DNA of 64,000 nt from the human T2T-CHM13v2.0 reference genome, Homo sapiens. Both the position numbers and the translations under genes were made by a program. Below the pieces are notes generated by a model. That model did not search any database. It saw only the letters and a program-made list of their open reading frames with translations, and had not been told where the DNA came from. This document shows, in pieces, positions 14,233 to 25,599 of this stretch. The DNA is taken from NCBI RefSeq assembly GCF_009914755.1, contig NC_060945.1; one strand, written 5' to 3'. Position 1 is the first letter of the stretch. Every line of letters begins with the position of its first letter.

Positions 14233-14680
14233 TGCTAAGAATGGAGGGTCTCAAATGGTCTAACTGCAAGTTCCCCTCCTCACTTTGCTTGTGAGAATAA
14301 AGCTCCCTAACTGAATAACTCTCCTTAGTGAGGTGACCAGGCACAATTTCTGCCTATTACTGGGGAGTAGGTTTCAGTTCCCAGCTAGCCTATGGATTTA
14401 TTCAAACAAGCCAATCACGTCGTCTTGTGGGAACCAGGACATCATGCCCTCTTGATACTACAAAGCCTGCTCCCACAGCCCCTGGTTGTTCACTCTGTTC
14501 CTGGTGATATACTCCCTGGCATGCAGTGTCCTCCTCTCCTGGGCTGTGAGTATATGTGACTAATAAATTGCTGTCTATCCCATCTGTCCAGCACCAGGTA
14601 TTGTGTATATGGCCATCACCTTAGCCCTAGCGTGGAAATCCCTTCCTCACTAATGGGGTAAAGAGGAGTCCATTAAAACA
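14233..14680 (+). mobile_element. ERVL-class solo LTR (MER54/MER73/MER74-like)
   Basis: TG...CA ends, CCAAT box (agccaatcac), aataaa at ~14562, terminus ggggtaaagaggagtccattaaaaca. Confidence 0.65.
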
Positions 14681-15271
14681 ACCCATACCTATGATATCTT
14701 ATACAATGCTACACAATTCTCCTCAGTCTTCTATTTTCCAGTGGTTTCCACTCTTATCCTGCAAAATCACTGCTGAGGTGAAGCTAGAAAATCATTGAAG
14801 TATAACAAGACATTGAAATAGGCATACTTTTTGATTGAGTGCAAATGAGGCTCTTATAATCACTGTTGAGAGATGAGTAAACTCAAAGCTTTTAAGAAGC
14901 TAGTTGCTTCATAAGAACTATAAGTGACGATTGGGGGGACTAGTATTCAGAAATTTTTGTAGACAAAGAAAAGTTGAAGGAAAAATATGCATTTGTTTAG
15001 CAAAGATTCTATTTTTTAAAAATCCAGTTCTAAATTTTATATGCTAAATGAGAAGCTGCTGTGTATGTTCACAAATCTACAGATAATTTCCTTCTCTGTT
15101 TTTATAAATGGTTTAATTCTTCTTTCAAACCTAAACTTATATGCCAGAAGTTGTAAGAACAACAAAAAAAAGCGACCATCCGAGTTTTAATACCTTACTT
15201 TGCTCCTACTCCCTGTGAAATAAAGAAATTGATAAGCAATGGACTGGTTACAGGTGGACATTAAGAATTAT

Positions 15272-15432
15272 TCATAGAAAGTTAGCAGTGGAAAGGACAT
15301 GAGGAACTCCCCAGCCCAACCATCCAGCTCTCACTGAATTAATGGATGTGAAAATGAGGTTCAGTAAATTGTCTGTGTGTCAGATGTCAGTGTCAGGCTC
15401 TCTAATTCTCAGCCCATTTCTTTTTCAGCACC
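15272..15432 (-). mobile_element. MIR3-like SINE
   Basis: tcatagaaagttagcagtggaaaggac...gatgtgaaaatgaggttcag. Confidence 0.55.
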
Positions 15433-16027
15433 CTTTGCCCCTCCCCCCACTTAAAATTAATTGAAAATTGACTAAAGAGCTTGGCCAGGTTCCTAATGTG
15501 GTAGCTTAGCATATTCACTGAATTGCAATGTAATGCATTAAGAAAGTCGTTCCTTTCTTACCCTGGTTCAGACACATTTCTCTGAGAATCTGAAGGACCA
15601 ATACAAGATATGCCAATTAGAGAGTTCAGAATTTATGACGTCCATGGATTAACTAATCAATAATGCTACTTGGTATATTTCAAATTTAACAGAATTTGAA
15701 ATGGCCTATGGTTACATATCAAGGAGGCATAATTATACAACATATCAAACATCTGTAGGATCAGCCCAGACTAGAACTTACCTATGCATATTTCCTGCAT
15801 GCATGTGACAGTGTACACTACAAAGAATAAAGTCACCCAGTGGAAGCAAGAAGTACAAATCCAAACTGAACTGAAAATAGAGCTCTAGGAAGCCTCAGAA
15901 GCAAGAAGCTATTGCACAAGATGGATCCTTGGTTGAGAAGGGGATTCTTTGCAAGGTTAGACTAGATGAGACCAACCAGCTCAAATAAGTTGAATTAAAG
16001 GATAGACCAAATAGCTAGGAGAACTTA

Positions 16028-16185
16028 CACACACATGCACACACACACATGCACACATGCATGCGTGCACACACACAGGCACACGTGCATGCATGCACAC
16101 ACACGCACACACATGCACACACCCATGTGCACACACACACGCACACATACACAAGTACACACACGCATGTGCGCACGCACACACA
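16028..16185. repeat. Degenerate (CA)/(CATG)/(CACG) purine-pyrimidine tract
   Basis: ~158 bp of almost continuous RY alternation. Confidence 0.95.
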
Positions 16186-16322
16186 TTCTTTTTTAGAAAT
16201 TACGCAACTCAGAAATGCATCTCTAAATTATAGGGAGAAGAGAGGAAAAAAATACAGGTTTTGTGTATCCTGGCATCTCCAGAAAATATTGAAAAATGAA
16301 GACAGAAGTTCAGTTATTTTTT

Positions 16323-16459
16323 ATCATATAGATGTTTTCCTTTTTCGAATTCCACATTAGGTTATGAAATTCTACTCTTCGGGATTAGAAGAGTAGAATC
16401 ATATAGATGTTTTCCCTTTTTGAATTCCACATTAGGTTATGAAATTCTACTCTTTGGGA
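16323..16459. repeat. 62-bp direct duplication with inverted spacer
   Basis: 16323-16384 vs 16398-16459, 59/62 identical; spacer contains gaagagtagaat, the reverse complement of 16369-16380. Confidence 0.95.
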
Positions 16460-17699
16460 AAATTGCAAAATAAAATGAGAGTAATTTCATGGACCTTCAA
16501 CCGTGATGAAATTCTTACCTTGAAAAGCTAAGAACAGTAAAGTAAATGATTGAGCAGGTAGGGCCTCCACAAGTGGAAGACTTTCCCAGCCAAATATCAG
16601 CAACAGCCAAAAAGACTAGGCCATTTCCAAAAAACTAACTCAACAATTAATAGTGATTTATTACTCAGGAACCTGACATTAATTAAAGCAAATTTAGCAG
16701 TATCCTTATCACTTGAAGTTGATGTTATTGCAGTTGGCTGGAAAGAGAGTACAAATTACTTCGGCAAGGCTGCCAGTCACTCACATCCTCCTAAAATGCC
16801 TTTCTACCCCAGCGGAAAGCTTTCTGGAACTCTCGAACCCCTAAATTAAATTATGTTGGAGGGACCCTAGCCTGAATGTTCTCTTAATCTTGGCCATCTG
16901 CACTTACTCAAATGTATGACTTTGCTCTTTTAACAACTCCAAAGAAAATGTATGATTAAAAGAAAAAGACAAATGGCCAGAAAAAAGATTTGAAGGTAAA
17001 AATTTACTTGGATTGTATAGTTTGATTTGCAAGAATACCAGACTTGGTTTAATAATTACTGGATAGTAATTATAGACACAAATATGTAATAGGTAATATT
17101 TAATTAATGTGTTGTAAGATGATAATCTGATAAATTCACTGAGTTCATTTCATTTGCTTTTGTGACAAACATAAATCCTAATTCACAACTCTGGGATACT
17201 TAAATAGTCCAAAATGCAAAACTAACAAGAACGAGACAATATTAAGTTCCTTTATATACATTTTCTAATTACCACAAATATTGACCTCTGACTTCAGCCT
17301 ATATTCAAAATGAGACGCCAACATCTTAAAAGCTTAATATGTCTATCAGATGTCACAATTATACTTTAAATATTTTGGTGCTAAATATTTAAATATTTGG
17401 TTTTCTAATTATTCTTTAAATCATTGGTGCAAAATAGAAAACAGAGTACTCAATTTCAACATATCTTTTTTCCCCCAAATTATCTGAATTAATCATTTGG
17501 ATAATATCAGATCCAATTGATAGTCTCATTAGATGGCATCACTGAAGAAGTGACTCTGTCGCAGCTAGGAAGACCCCATTGCCAATCACCTTGCAAGTAG
17601 CAGTCACTGTAATTCCATACGGTTCCTGAGACAGTGTGAATGAAAATGAACATGCATTGCGCTTCTTCTATTTTGTCCTCCCAGGGATTAATATATTTT

Positions 17700-17842
17700 A
17701 CTGGTTCTTACAATATCCTTATAAGTTAGGTACTACTCTTTTCCCAAAGCTTACAAATAATTCAATGAAGGCATAAAAAGCTTAAATAACCTATAAACAA
17801 TCATACTACTCCAAAGGAATGAAGCTGAGATTTAAGCCTAGA
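17700..17842 (-). mobile_element. MIR SINE
   Basis: caatatccttataagttaggtactact...gaagctgagatttaagcctag. Confidence 0.55.
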
Positions 17843-18341
17843 TATATTATCTATTGCTGCATAACAGATTCTTCCAAAACTTAGTGGCTTAACACAATAG
17901 CATTTACTATTTCACAATTCCTTGTAGCTTCTCTGGGTCCTCTGGCTCTGAGTTGCTTACTAGGAGAAAATCACAGACACCCCAGTGCTCTATTGAGAGT
18001 GGATCCGCTTCCAAGCCCATATAGTTGTTGGCAGGATTCTGTTCCTCGCTGGCTATTGGAGTGAAGGCCTCAATTCCTTGCAGGCTGTTGCCTGGAGGCT
18101 GCCCTTGTGCGCTCTCCATGGGGTGGCTCAGAACATGGCAGCTGGCTTCCAGAATGAGCCAACAAGACAGCCCCAGAATGTGAGCAAAATAGAAGTCACT
18201 GACTTTTACAACCTCATCTTGAAGTGGCATCGCTTAGAAGCAAGTTATTAACTCCAACTCACACTCAGTGGGAAGAAATCAAACAAAGATGTGAATATCA
18301 GGAAACAGAGCTCATTGGAAGCCATCTTAGGAACTACCACA
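17843..18341 (-). mobile_element. MaLR solo LTR, MLT1F-like
   Basis: atctattgctgcataaca...aaacttagtggctt...ggatccgcttccaagc...gccatcttaggaactaccaca. Confidence 0.85.
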
Positions 18342-19369
18342 CCAAGAATTTTTTTTGTTTTTTAAAAATTAAAAAAAAATTAACTAAAGCCTTATGATGA
18401 CATCACTTACAAGTCTGTGCTGATGGTATATCTCTACATTCTAATGAGTTTGTAAAACCCTCATTACTAATCATGTATATATGGCATTTCTACAATTTTA
18501 TTTGTTTTTTAACAACTACGTAAGCATAAGCCTGAATTACAACATAGTGTAATAGTAAACAATTCAAAAGTGAATTCTAACTTGCTACTACTTCTTGTCA
18601 TTTTGACCTTTAAAAGCATCAGATCTTGTAGATTATCTATAAAATGTAAAAAGTGTTAAATATTTTTTGATATTATATATAAACTATGTAAAAAACAACA
18701 ATTTAGATGCAAGAAATTTTTGTGAAATTGACATAGAACATACCAAATAAAATAAAAAAATAAAATAAAATAAAATAAAATGGGCATGGCAATCAAATCT
18801 TCACCCTCTGCATTTAGATGGACTGGTAAACACAAATTCAAATACAGTTGAGTCTTACTCTACTTTATAAGATAGTGAAGGAATTTCACTATCATATTAA
18901 AGTATATTCATATAACCAGTTATATAAATCTAAATAGAAAACCAATCTTCTCTAGTTATGAGATGGCAATCAGCAGGTTTGTGAAAAGTTGGACCTAACT
19001 AATCCAGGTTAGCCTCAATTCCAATTATGCCTTTAGAAGAGGAAATTGTGATAATATTTGCTGGACCTGAATTACTATCAAAATTCAAAAAGTATGATCA
19101 CATTCATTTAACGACCAGCCAATTTTATTTAAATCAGGACTGTTCAACAAGAATATTCTATCAGCCATTAATGATCTGAATTCTGGTTTATCAGATTAAT
19201 TGAAATATAGCACCTGCTTTTAAACAGTTATCAGGCATTTGTCTTTTGTAATAAGTAAAGCAGTGGCTTACTATTATTCATTAGTCGGTTTTTTTGTTTG
19301 TTTGTTTGTTTTGAGATCTGCTATCAAGTTTGCACTCTCTCCCTTATAAGTTCAAGCTGAAAAGTTCTG

Positions 19370-19992
19370 TAGTCCCCATGACCATCCTCACTTCTGATAC
19401 CAACTGCAAATTCAGGAAACTCCAAGATTATGCATGTACTTGCTAGTTTGATAGAGGTATTCACAGAAACTCAGAAAAGTCATTATATTCACTTATATTC
19501 ACAGTTGTACGTTATGACAGCAAAAGAATACAGATTAAAATTAATAGAAGGAAGAGTCACATAAGGCAGATCTGGGAGACAACAAAACATGCAACTTGTA
19601 GTTGTCCTCGCCCAGTGAAGTGGTGCAGACTGTGCCTATTTCTCCCAGAAAGGATGAGTGACAGTACACATGGAGTCTCACCAACTAGAGATGCTCACCT
19701 AAGTTTTAGTGTCCTGAGTTTTATGGGGGATTGGTCACATTGACATGACTTACCACACGGCTGATCATAGTCTCCAGTCCCTCCAGAGGTCAAAACGATA
19801 ACATGTTGCCCAAGAATAAATAACATGTTGTTCCATTGTTAGCACAGACAATCTGGTGTGGCCCAAGGCCTCCCGGAAAACAAAGAAACTCATATAGGGC
19901 AAGGACATTCCAAGGTCTTAGAGATTTACCTCCCAGGAGCCCAGGGAAAAGGCCAAATCTTTCTTTGGACAAAATTAATTCTTTACTGCACA
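19370..19992 (-). mobile_element. MER21 (B/C-like) LTR
   Basis: accatcctcacttctgataccaactgcaaattcagg...ggacattccaaggtcttagagatttacctcccaggagc...ctttactgcaca. Confidence 0.8.
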
Positions 19993-20338
19993 CCAGCGAA
20001 GATCATTTTTGTTCCAAGGATGTGTCTTTTTGGACACATCAAATATTCTATCAGTGTTCTCAGGCACTACCTTTGTTCTTGTTGGCATCTGTGTAAGAGA
20101 ATCCAGGGCCTGAACCATTGTCCACTCAAACAGACCATACACACCTGGTCCAGTTTTGTGCATGCCTCCCTTTTCCACAGTGTGCCACTTGCTATAGTTC
20201 TGAACAAAAACTCCCTTGCCCTTCGGAGCTTTATTTATTTTTAATTTGCTCTGTCATTGCATTGCATGCAATAGAAGCTTCCTGGTGGAAGCTCAATGTT
20301 CTGCTCAGTCCCAGACACGTTTTCAGCCACTGTATCAT

Positions 20339-20840
20339 TGCCTTAGGTTGTGGTTTCCCCAAAGCAGCACCGGAGGTAAGGGCTTGTGTGCAGGAGTTCA
20401 CTTGGGAGGTGGCTCTAGGAAATAGAAGCGAGTTTCCAGGAAGTGTGGGATGAATACGGGGATGGGGTGGGGGGCGGGGAGGAATCCAATATGAATATAT
20501 AATCTCATATTGAGTATAAAAATCCAATATGAGTATGTTTTCCAGACTGCTGCTAAGGAGAATGGTGAATTATTCTACTGCGACCTTTTGAGGGTCCACA
20601 CAATGCCTCCCAAAACTATCTACCAGAGGGTGGATAGGAAGCATTGATCCATGGCTTATATTCCCCATTGGTCAAACATTGTTCTGCTGAAGCTCACTCT
20701 GGCCACAGTCTTTGGCATCAAAAGAGAACTAGGGCAGAAGTCAAAGACATGGCTGTCAGAAAACTGGAGAGTGCACTGGAACTGTCTACTCCAGGTGTGG
20801 CTGGAGCCAGAGAAGTGACCTCAGCCATGTCTGCTGCAAC
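20339..20840 (-). mobile_element. LTR16-family (ERVL) LTR
   Basis: tgccttaggttgtggtttccccaaagcag...tgcaggagttcacttgggaggtggctctaggaa; ccccattggtcaa. Confidence 0.65.
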
Positions 20841-20854
20841 TATATTACCTATGC

Positions 20855-21013
20855 CAGTTGTTTACAAACGCAGAAGAATATCAGAATCATCTGGAGAACT
20901 ATTAAAGAACACAGATGCCCTGAATTGTAGAAGAGGGATAGGATATGGGCCTTTGTATTCTTACCAAGCTCCCTGGGTGATTCTGATACTTATACTAGTG
21001 TTTGAGTACCACT
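20855..21013. mobile_element. MER5 (A/B) hAT MITE
   Basis: cagttgtttacaaa...atcagaatcatctggaga...caagctccctgggtgattctgat...gtttgagtaccact. Confidence 0.8.
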
Positions 21014-21291
21014 AATTGATACTCCATGCAGACCCTAGAAGGACAAGGCAGGCTCAACAGGAAGTAATTTGACATGAATTTTGTTGCTGTTAACCTGAAC
21101 TCATGGTAGGTCTAGAGTGGGATACAGGCTGCCCCATGCCAATTCTGCCATGGACTTTACCATCCCCAGTTGTGTTGGTTCGGTCCACGTAATTGTTGTT
21201 GCTGCCTGCTCAGCTAGCACCTTGACACCCTACCTTGCTCTTGCCAACTCACTCCCTCAAAGAAAAGGAAAAGAACACTTAATCTGTTAAA

Positions 21292-21490
21292 GATATTTAA
21301 TGAACACCTGCTATAAACTAGCCAATTTGATACACGTTTTACAAACATGATTTCATTTGATGCTCACGACAAATCTGTGAAGTAGGCAGTGTTATTCAGA
21401 TTTTTCAGATGAGAGATCTGAATCTCAGAGAGACCTGAAGCCCTGTATCTCTTGCGGCCTGGATTAGAAAACAGATGTTTTGGCCTACAT
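21292..21490 (-). mobile_element. MIR (MIRb-like) SINE
   Basis: tcatttgatgctcacgacaaatctgtgaagtagg...ttttcagatgagagatctgaatctcagaga. Confidence 0.75.
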
Positions 21491-21864
21491 AACTGCAAAG
21501 TCTTCTCCATTCTTGTCTTTAGAGACAAGGTGTAACCACCACCTGCATTAGCTTTACCAGAGCATTTCTCTGTTCTCCTAAACTTTGAAAAGGCAGATAC
21601 CTACCTAGCGAACATCTTATTTTGTAGCTGTCAAACCAGTCTCCAAGTATTAAAACAGTATCTGATCACACTTTGGCTGAATAGGTTTATTTAATGGGAA
21701 ATTTAATGGGAAAGGCATTTATTGAGCACTTACTAGATGCCAAGCCCAGTGTTAAGTGCTTTGTATACAACATCTCTTTCCTTTACTGTTCATAGAAACA
21801 GGGCATCATCAGCTTCTTCTTGACCTCACAGAAGAATATATTTATCTGCCTGTAACAAATATGC

Positions 21865-22199
<335 letters not shown>

Positions 22200-24039
22200 C
22201 TTAGCAGCTTGGTTACTCAGAAAATAGATCCTCACAGATCATGAAGGTGATAAGATGCGGCAAATTTTATTCAGATATCTTGCTGGTTTTATTAGATCTG
22301 CTTAAATATTTTTGGAGCCTGGAATAAGACAGCGGTTATTTTTGAAGTTTGAAAATTATGACTGAACTTCACTTGTTTATTATTCATAGATTTTTGAGAG
22401 AATTTTTAATTATAAGTATAAATGTGTTTTAAAATGTTAAGAAGGATTTCAAATATATCTAAATGTTTAATGGCAGTTTAGCCCCTATCTTCTAATGTTT
22501 ATTTTCATTCCATATATTCTATCAATAATTGATTCTTTCTCATTTTCCATTAGCTTTTATTAGCAAAGAGCAACCTTATAAGCACAATATAGCACATCTA
22601 CATTTAGTGCTTCTTGTCCCCAAAATGGCAATTCCATTCGCCTCAGCACTCATATGTCCATACTAAGTTGCTAATCTTTTTCAAAGCTGCTCCAGACAGC
22701 TTCAAGGCAAATATACTTAGTGTATTACTTTGTATTCTTTGAACAGACAGCAACATAGTTTTTGACAGCTTATTTTCAACAGATAAGCATGAAGACATTG
22801 TAAAACAGTCTAAAGGCATTTAGACTGGTGTTAATGATTTGTTTTGATTCTTTATTGTCTACAGTGTCTGATGTTTCTGCACCAGCTTCTGCTGCTAAAG
22901 ATAAGATGACATTTGATAGTTCGGTTCATCCTATGAAAAGTTTAATTTAATTACAAAAGGGTCTGATTTGCTAGATTAAAAGGTCAAGTATTATAAAATT
23001 CATTTTTGGTGCAGAGATTTGAGAAAGCTGCACAGTGCAAAGTTCAAACAGTCAGAGAAGAGTAAGACACTTTAGAAAATGAGGAAAAATTAAAACTATT
23101 GGCTAATTTCATTGGAGAAGGAGAGACTAGAGACACATTCTTGTATATACAGCAGTTGAACATACCACTTAAAATAATTTGTTGTCAGTATTTTTTTTTT
23201 TAGCCTTTTGAAAGTTTTGCATCAGGGTGATTTGCCAAAAAAGGGGTGGGGGCAAAATTTAGGGAACTACGCTAAAATTGTCTTTGTTTGAAAATAGCAC
23301 GAGACTCTACAGAAGTATTAAGATAAGAATGCTCCTAGACAGCACAGGCAAGGACTTCACCGCCTCTTCCCCTGCTCACCATTTTACCTCAACCACACAA
23401 GCTCTGCTGACTTTTATTGGGGATTAAATGTCTCCAGACTTAAAAAAGAAAAAAAAATGCAATGAAATCCAGATAGCTGTGCTTGCTCTCAGCCCACTGA
23501 AGATGAGAGACAATATAAGCGAACGTTTTAGGGCGACTTCATTTAAGAACATGAAGTGCCTGAGTAATAAGACGGACTGTGCCCATGGTACCAGGGTCAA
23601 CTTGACCAGCTGACTAAAACAGCCTGCAACAGCTAAGTGACTACCTTAAGCCAAAGAATAAAGCTTTACAGAGGTACAGCTGGTTAGAAGTGAGTGTTAA
23701 TAACTGAGTGCATAAAAGAGAGAGGGAAACAGCACAAGTGAGGGAAGCTGATGGACTCACAATTTGACTTCATCCCATAGATCAAACGTTGATCAAACGA
23801 TAAAAGTGGATCAAAAATGACTCAACGATTCCTGGCTAGAGCTGATGAAAAAGGGGCTGCTTCATTGGACAATATGGCATGAGGAATGTGAGGAGCAGCT
23901 GGTATTTCAGTTCCATTAAAAACCCCTCCAGCTTACCGTGGGTATTCAACTTGTGCCGGCGTCGATACTTCCACAGGGGAGTTTTCTCCAGGTGGTGCGA
24001 CAGCACAGGCAGGTTGCGCCGGTGGAACTTGATATTCCC

Positions 24040-24345
24040 TCACTCATGCCACCCCTACTTTTAAAAGAATCTAATTACAAAATGACTGGAGGAAGGGAAT
24101 GTGTAAATGTCATATACCCGGACCTTCCGTAATACCAATGCCTTGTGAAATCCAAACTGAAAAAGTCGTACAAATGGATTTGGACAGAAATGCTGTTGCA
24201 TGGATTGAAAACAGGCTCAAAGACTGTAAACAAGGATAATGACAAATGCCAGTGCAATCAAGGGCCAGTGGATGAGTTTTCCACCAGAAGACAGTGTCCA
24301 GAGATGCCCCATGAGTCAGGATTCGAGTTCATTTTTGGTCACTAG
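24040..24345 (+). mobile_element. L3/CR1 LINE fossil, reverse-transcriptase region
   Basis: Frameshifted translation LEEGN-VNVIYPD...QMDLDRNAVAWIENRLKDCKQ...MPHESG resembles CR1 RT (DEGKAVDVIYLDF...GLDR..VRWI.NWL..R.Q...GVPQGS). Confidence 0.7.
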
Positions 24346-25122
24346 GTGTATTACCTACAAAGGAGTGAAGAGTATATGGACAAAATCACAGCCGACTCTC
24401 AGTGTGAAGGAGGGTAAAATTAATAAAAGGAAAATTACATTGAGTCAAAAGAATGCTAGAAATATAGAAGTGGAAAATCGCCTAAATAGTTACTGATATG
24501 AAAATAACTTGAGAGAGATTCTTCCCAAATTTCAAAGATTTGGAACACACCTGTAGATCAATGTAAACAATCCAGTTTGCCTGCCATTTTATCATCTTTC
24601 AAGTTTTTGATTTATGCTCCAATATTTATTTGAACAAAATAATGATATAACTTATGGCAGTGAATATTCTTAAATTTGAAAATCTCTATAAAAATGATAT
24701 TTATTCATCCCCAACCCTCCCACTTTTGGGACCCAGATTTTTGGATGCAGGTTAATTTGCATGCTGATTTGCCAGCTGAAAATCTCAAAGAGAAAAACTT
24801 GGAAGCACTTGTAGTCAGTCAACTAAAGTAAAATGTAAGCAGAAAAGCTATAATGAAAATACAATTCATAATATTTGCACATGGAACTTATAATGACTGG
24901 TTAACTTTTAATGTGAAGAATAAAAATTTCCTGTCATGATGAAATGAATCAATTAATTACTTATTAATTGTACTTCTATTATGTGGTGAGCACTTTACTA
25001 AAAAGTCGTTTTTTTGTTGTTTTTTTTTTTTTGAGAAAGGGGTTGTACCAAAGTAAAATTAGAAAAATAAAAACAAGGAAAGCACATTTCTTTGTCTCAA
25101 TAAATCATGCTCACAAGTAGAT

Positions 25123-25215
25123 TCTTAGAATTTCAGAGCTAAAAAGGACCTAAAGCTTCATTGATTCTGACCTTTTTTATTTTGGATGAGAACTGGACTC
25201 CACAGGGAAGTGAGG
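25123..25215 (-). mobile_element. MIR3-like SINE fragment
   Basis: tcttagaatttcagagctaaaaaggacctaaag...attttggatgagaactggactc. Confidence 0.6.
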
Positions 25216-25599
25216 ATCCCTGGCTCGCGATGATGTGGCCTGCCAGAGTCCTTATGGGAATGTCTCTCTAGATGCCTCCTCATAGCTGTGTATCCATGAG
25301 ACTCAGTGGAACTTTCACTTCCCATTGGCTTCCATCGGGCCTGTGATCCCACTTCACCTCTGTCCTTCCAGTCATGCTGGGCCTAGCCCAACAGAGCCAC
25401 AGACTACTTTGCCCAGGCATTTATTCTGGAAGCCTGACCAAGCCTGCTGACTGGGCTGGGCTGTAGACTGTAGCGTTCATCAGTGATTTTCTTTGGCCAG
25501 AGTGAGCACCACTCTAAGCAGAGTCTTTCAGAACTTTGGAGCCACTTAATCCTACAGAACTTTTCATTCCTGCCATCATTGGCCTCCACCCAAAATGCA

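Noticed and set aside
15424-15445. REST/NRSE motif (ttcagcacc)
   Set aside because: Left half-site only; no GGACAG half
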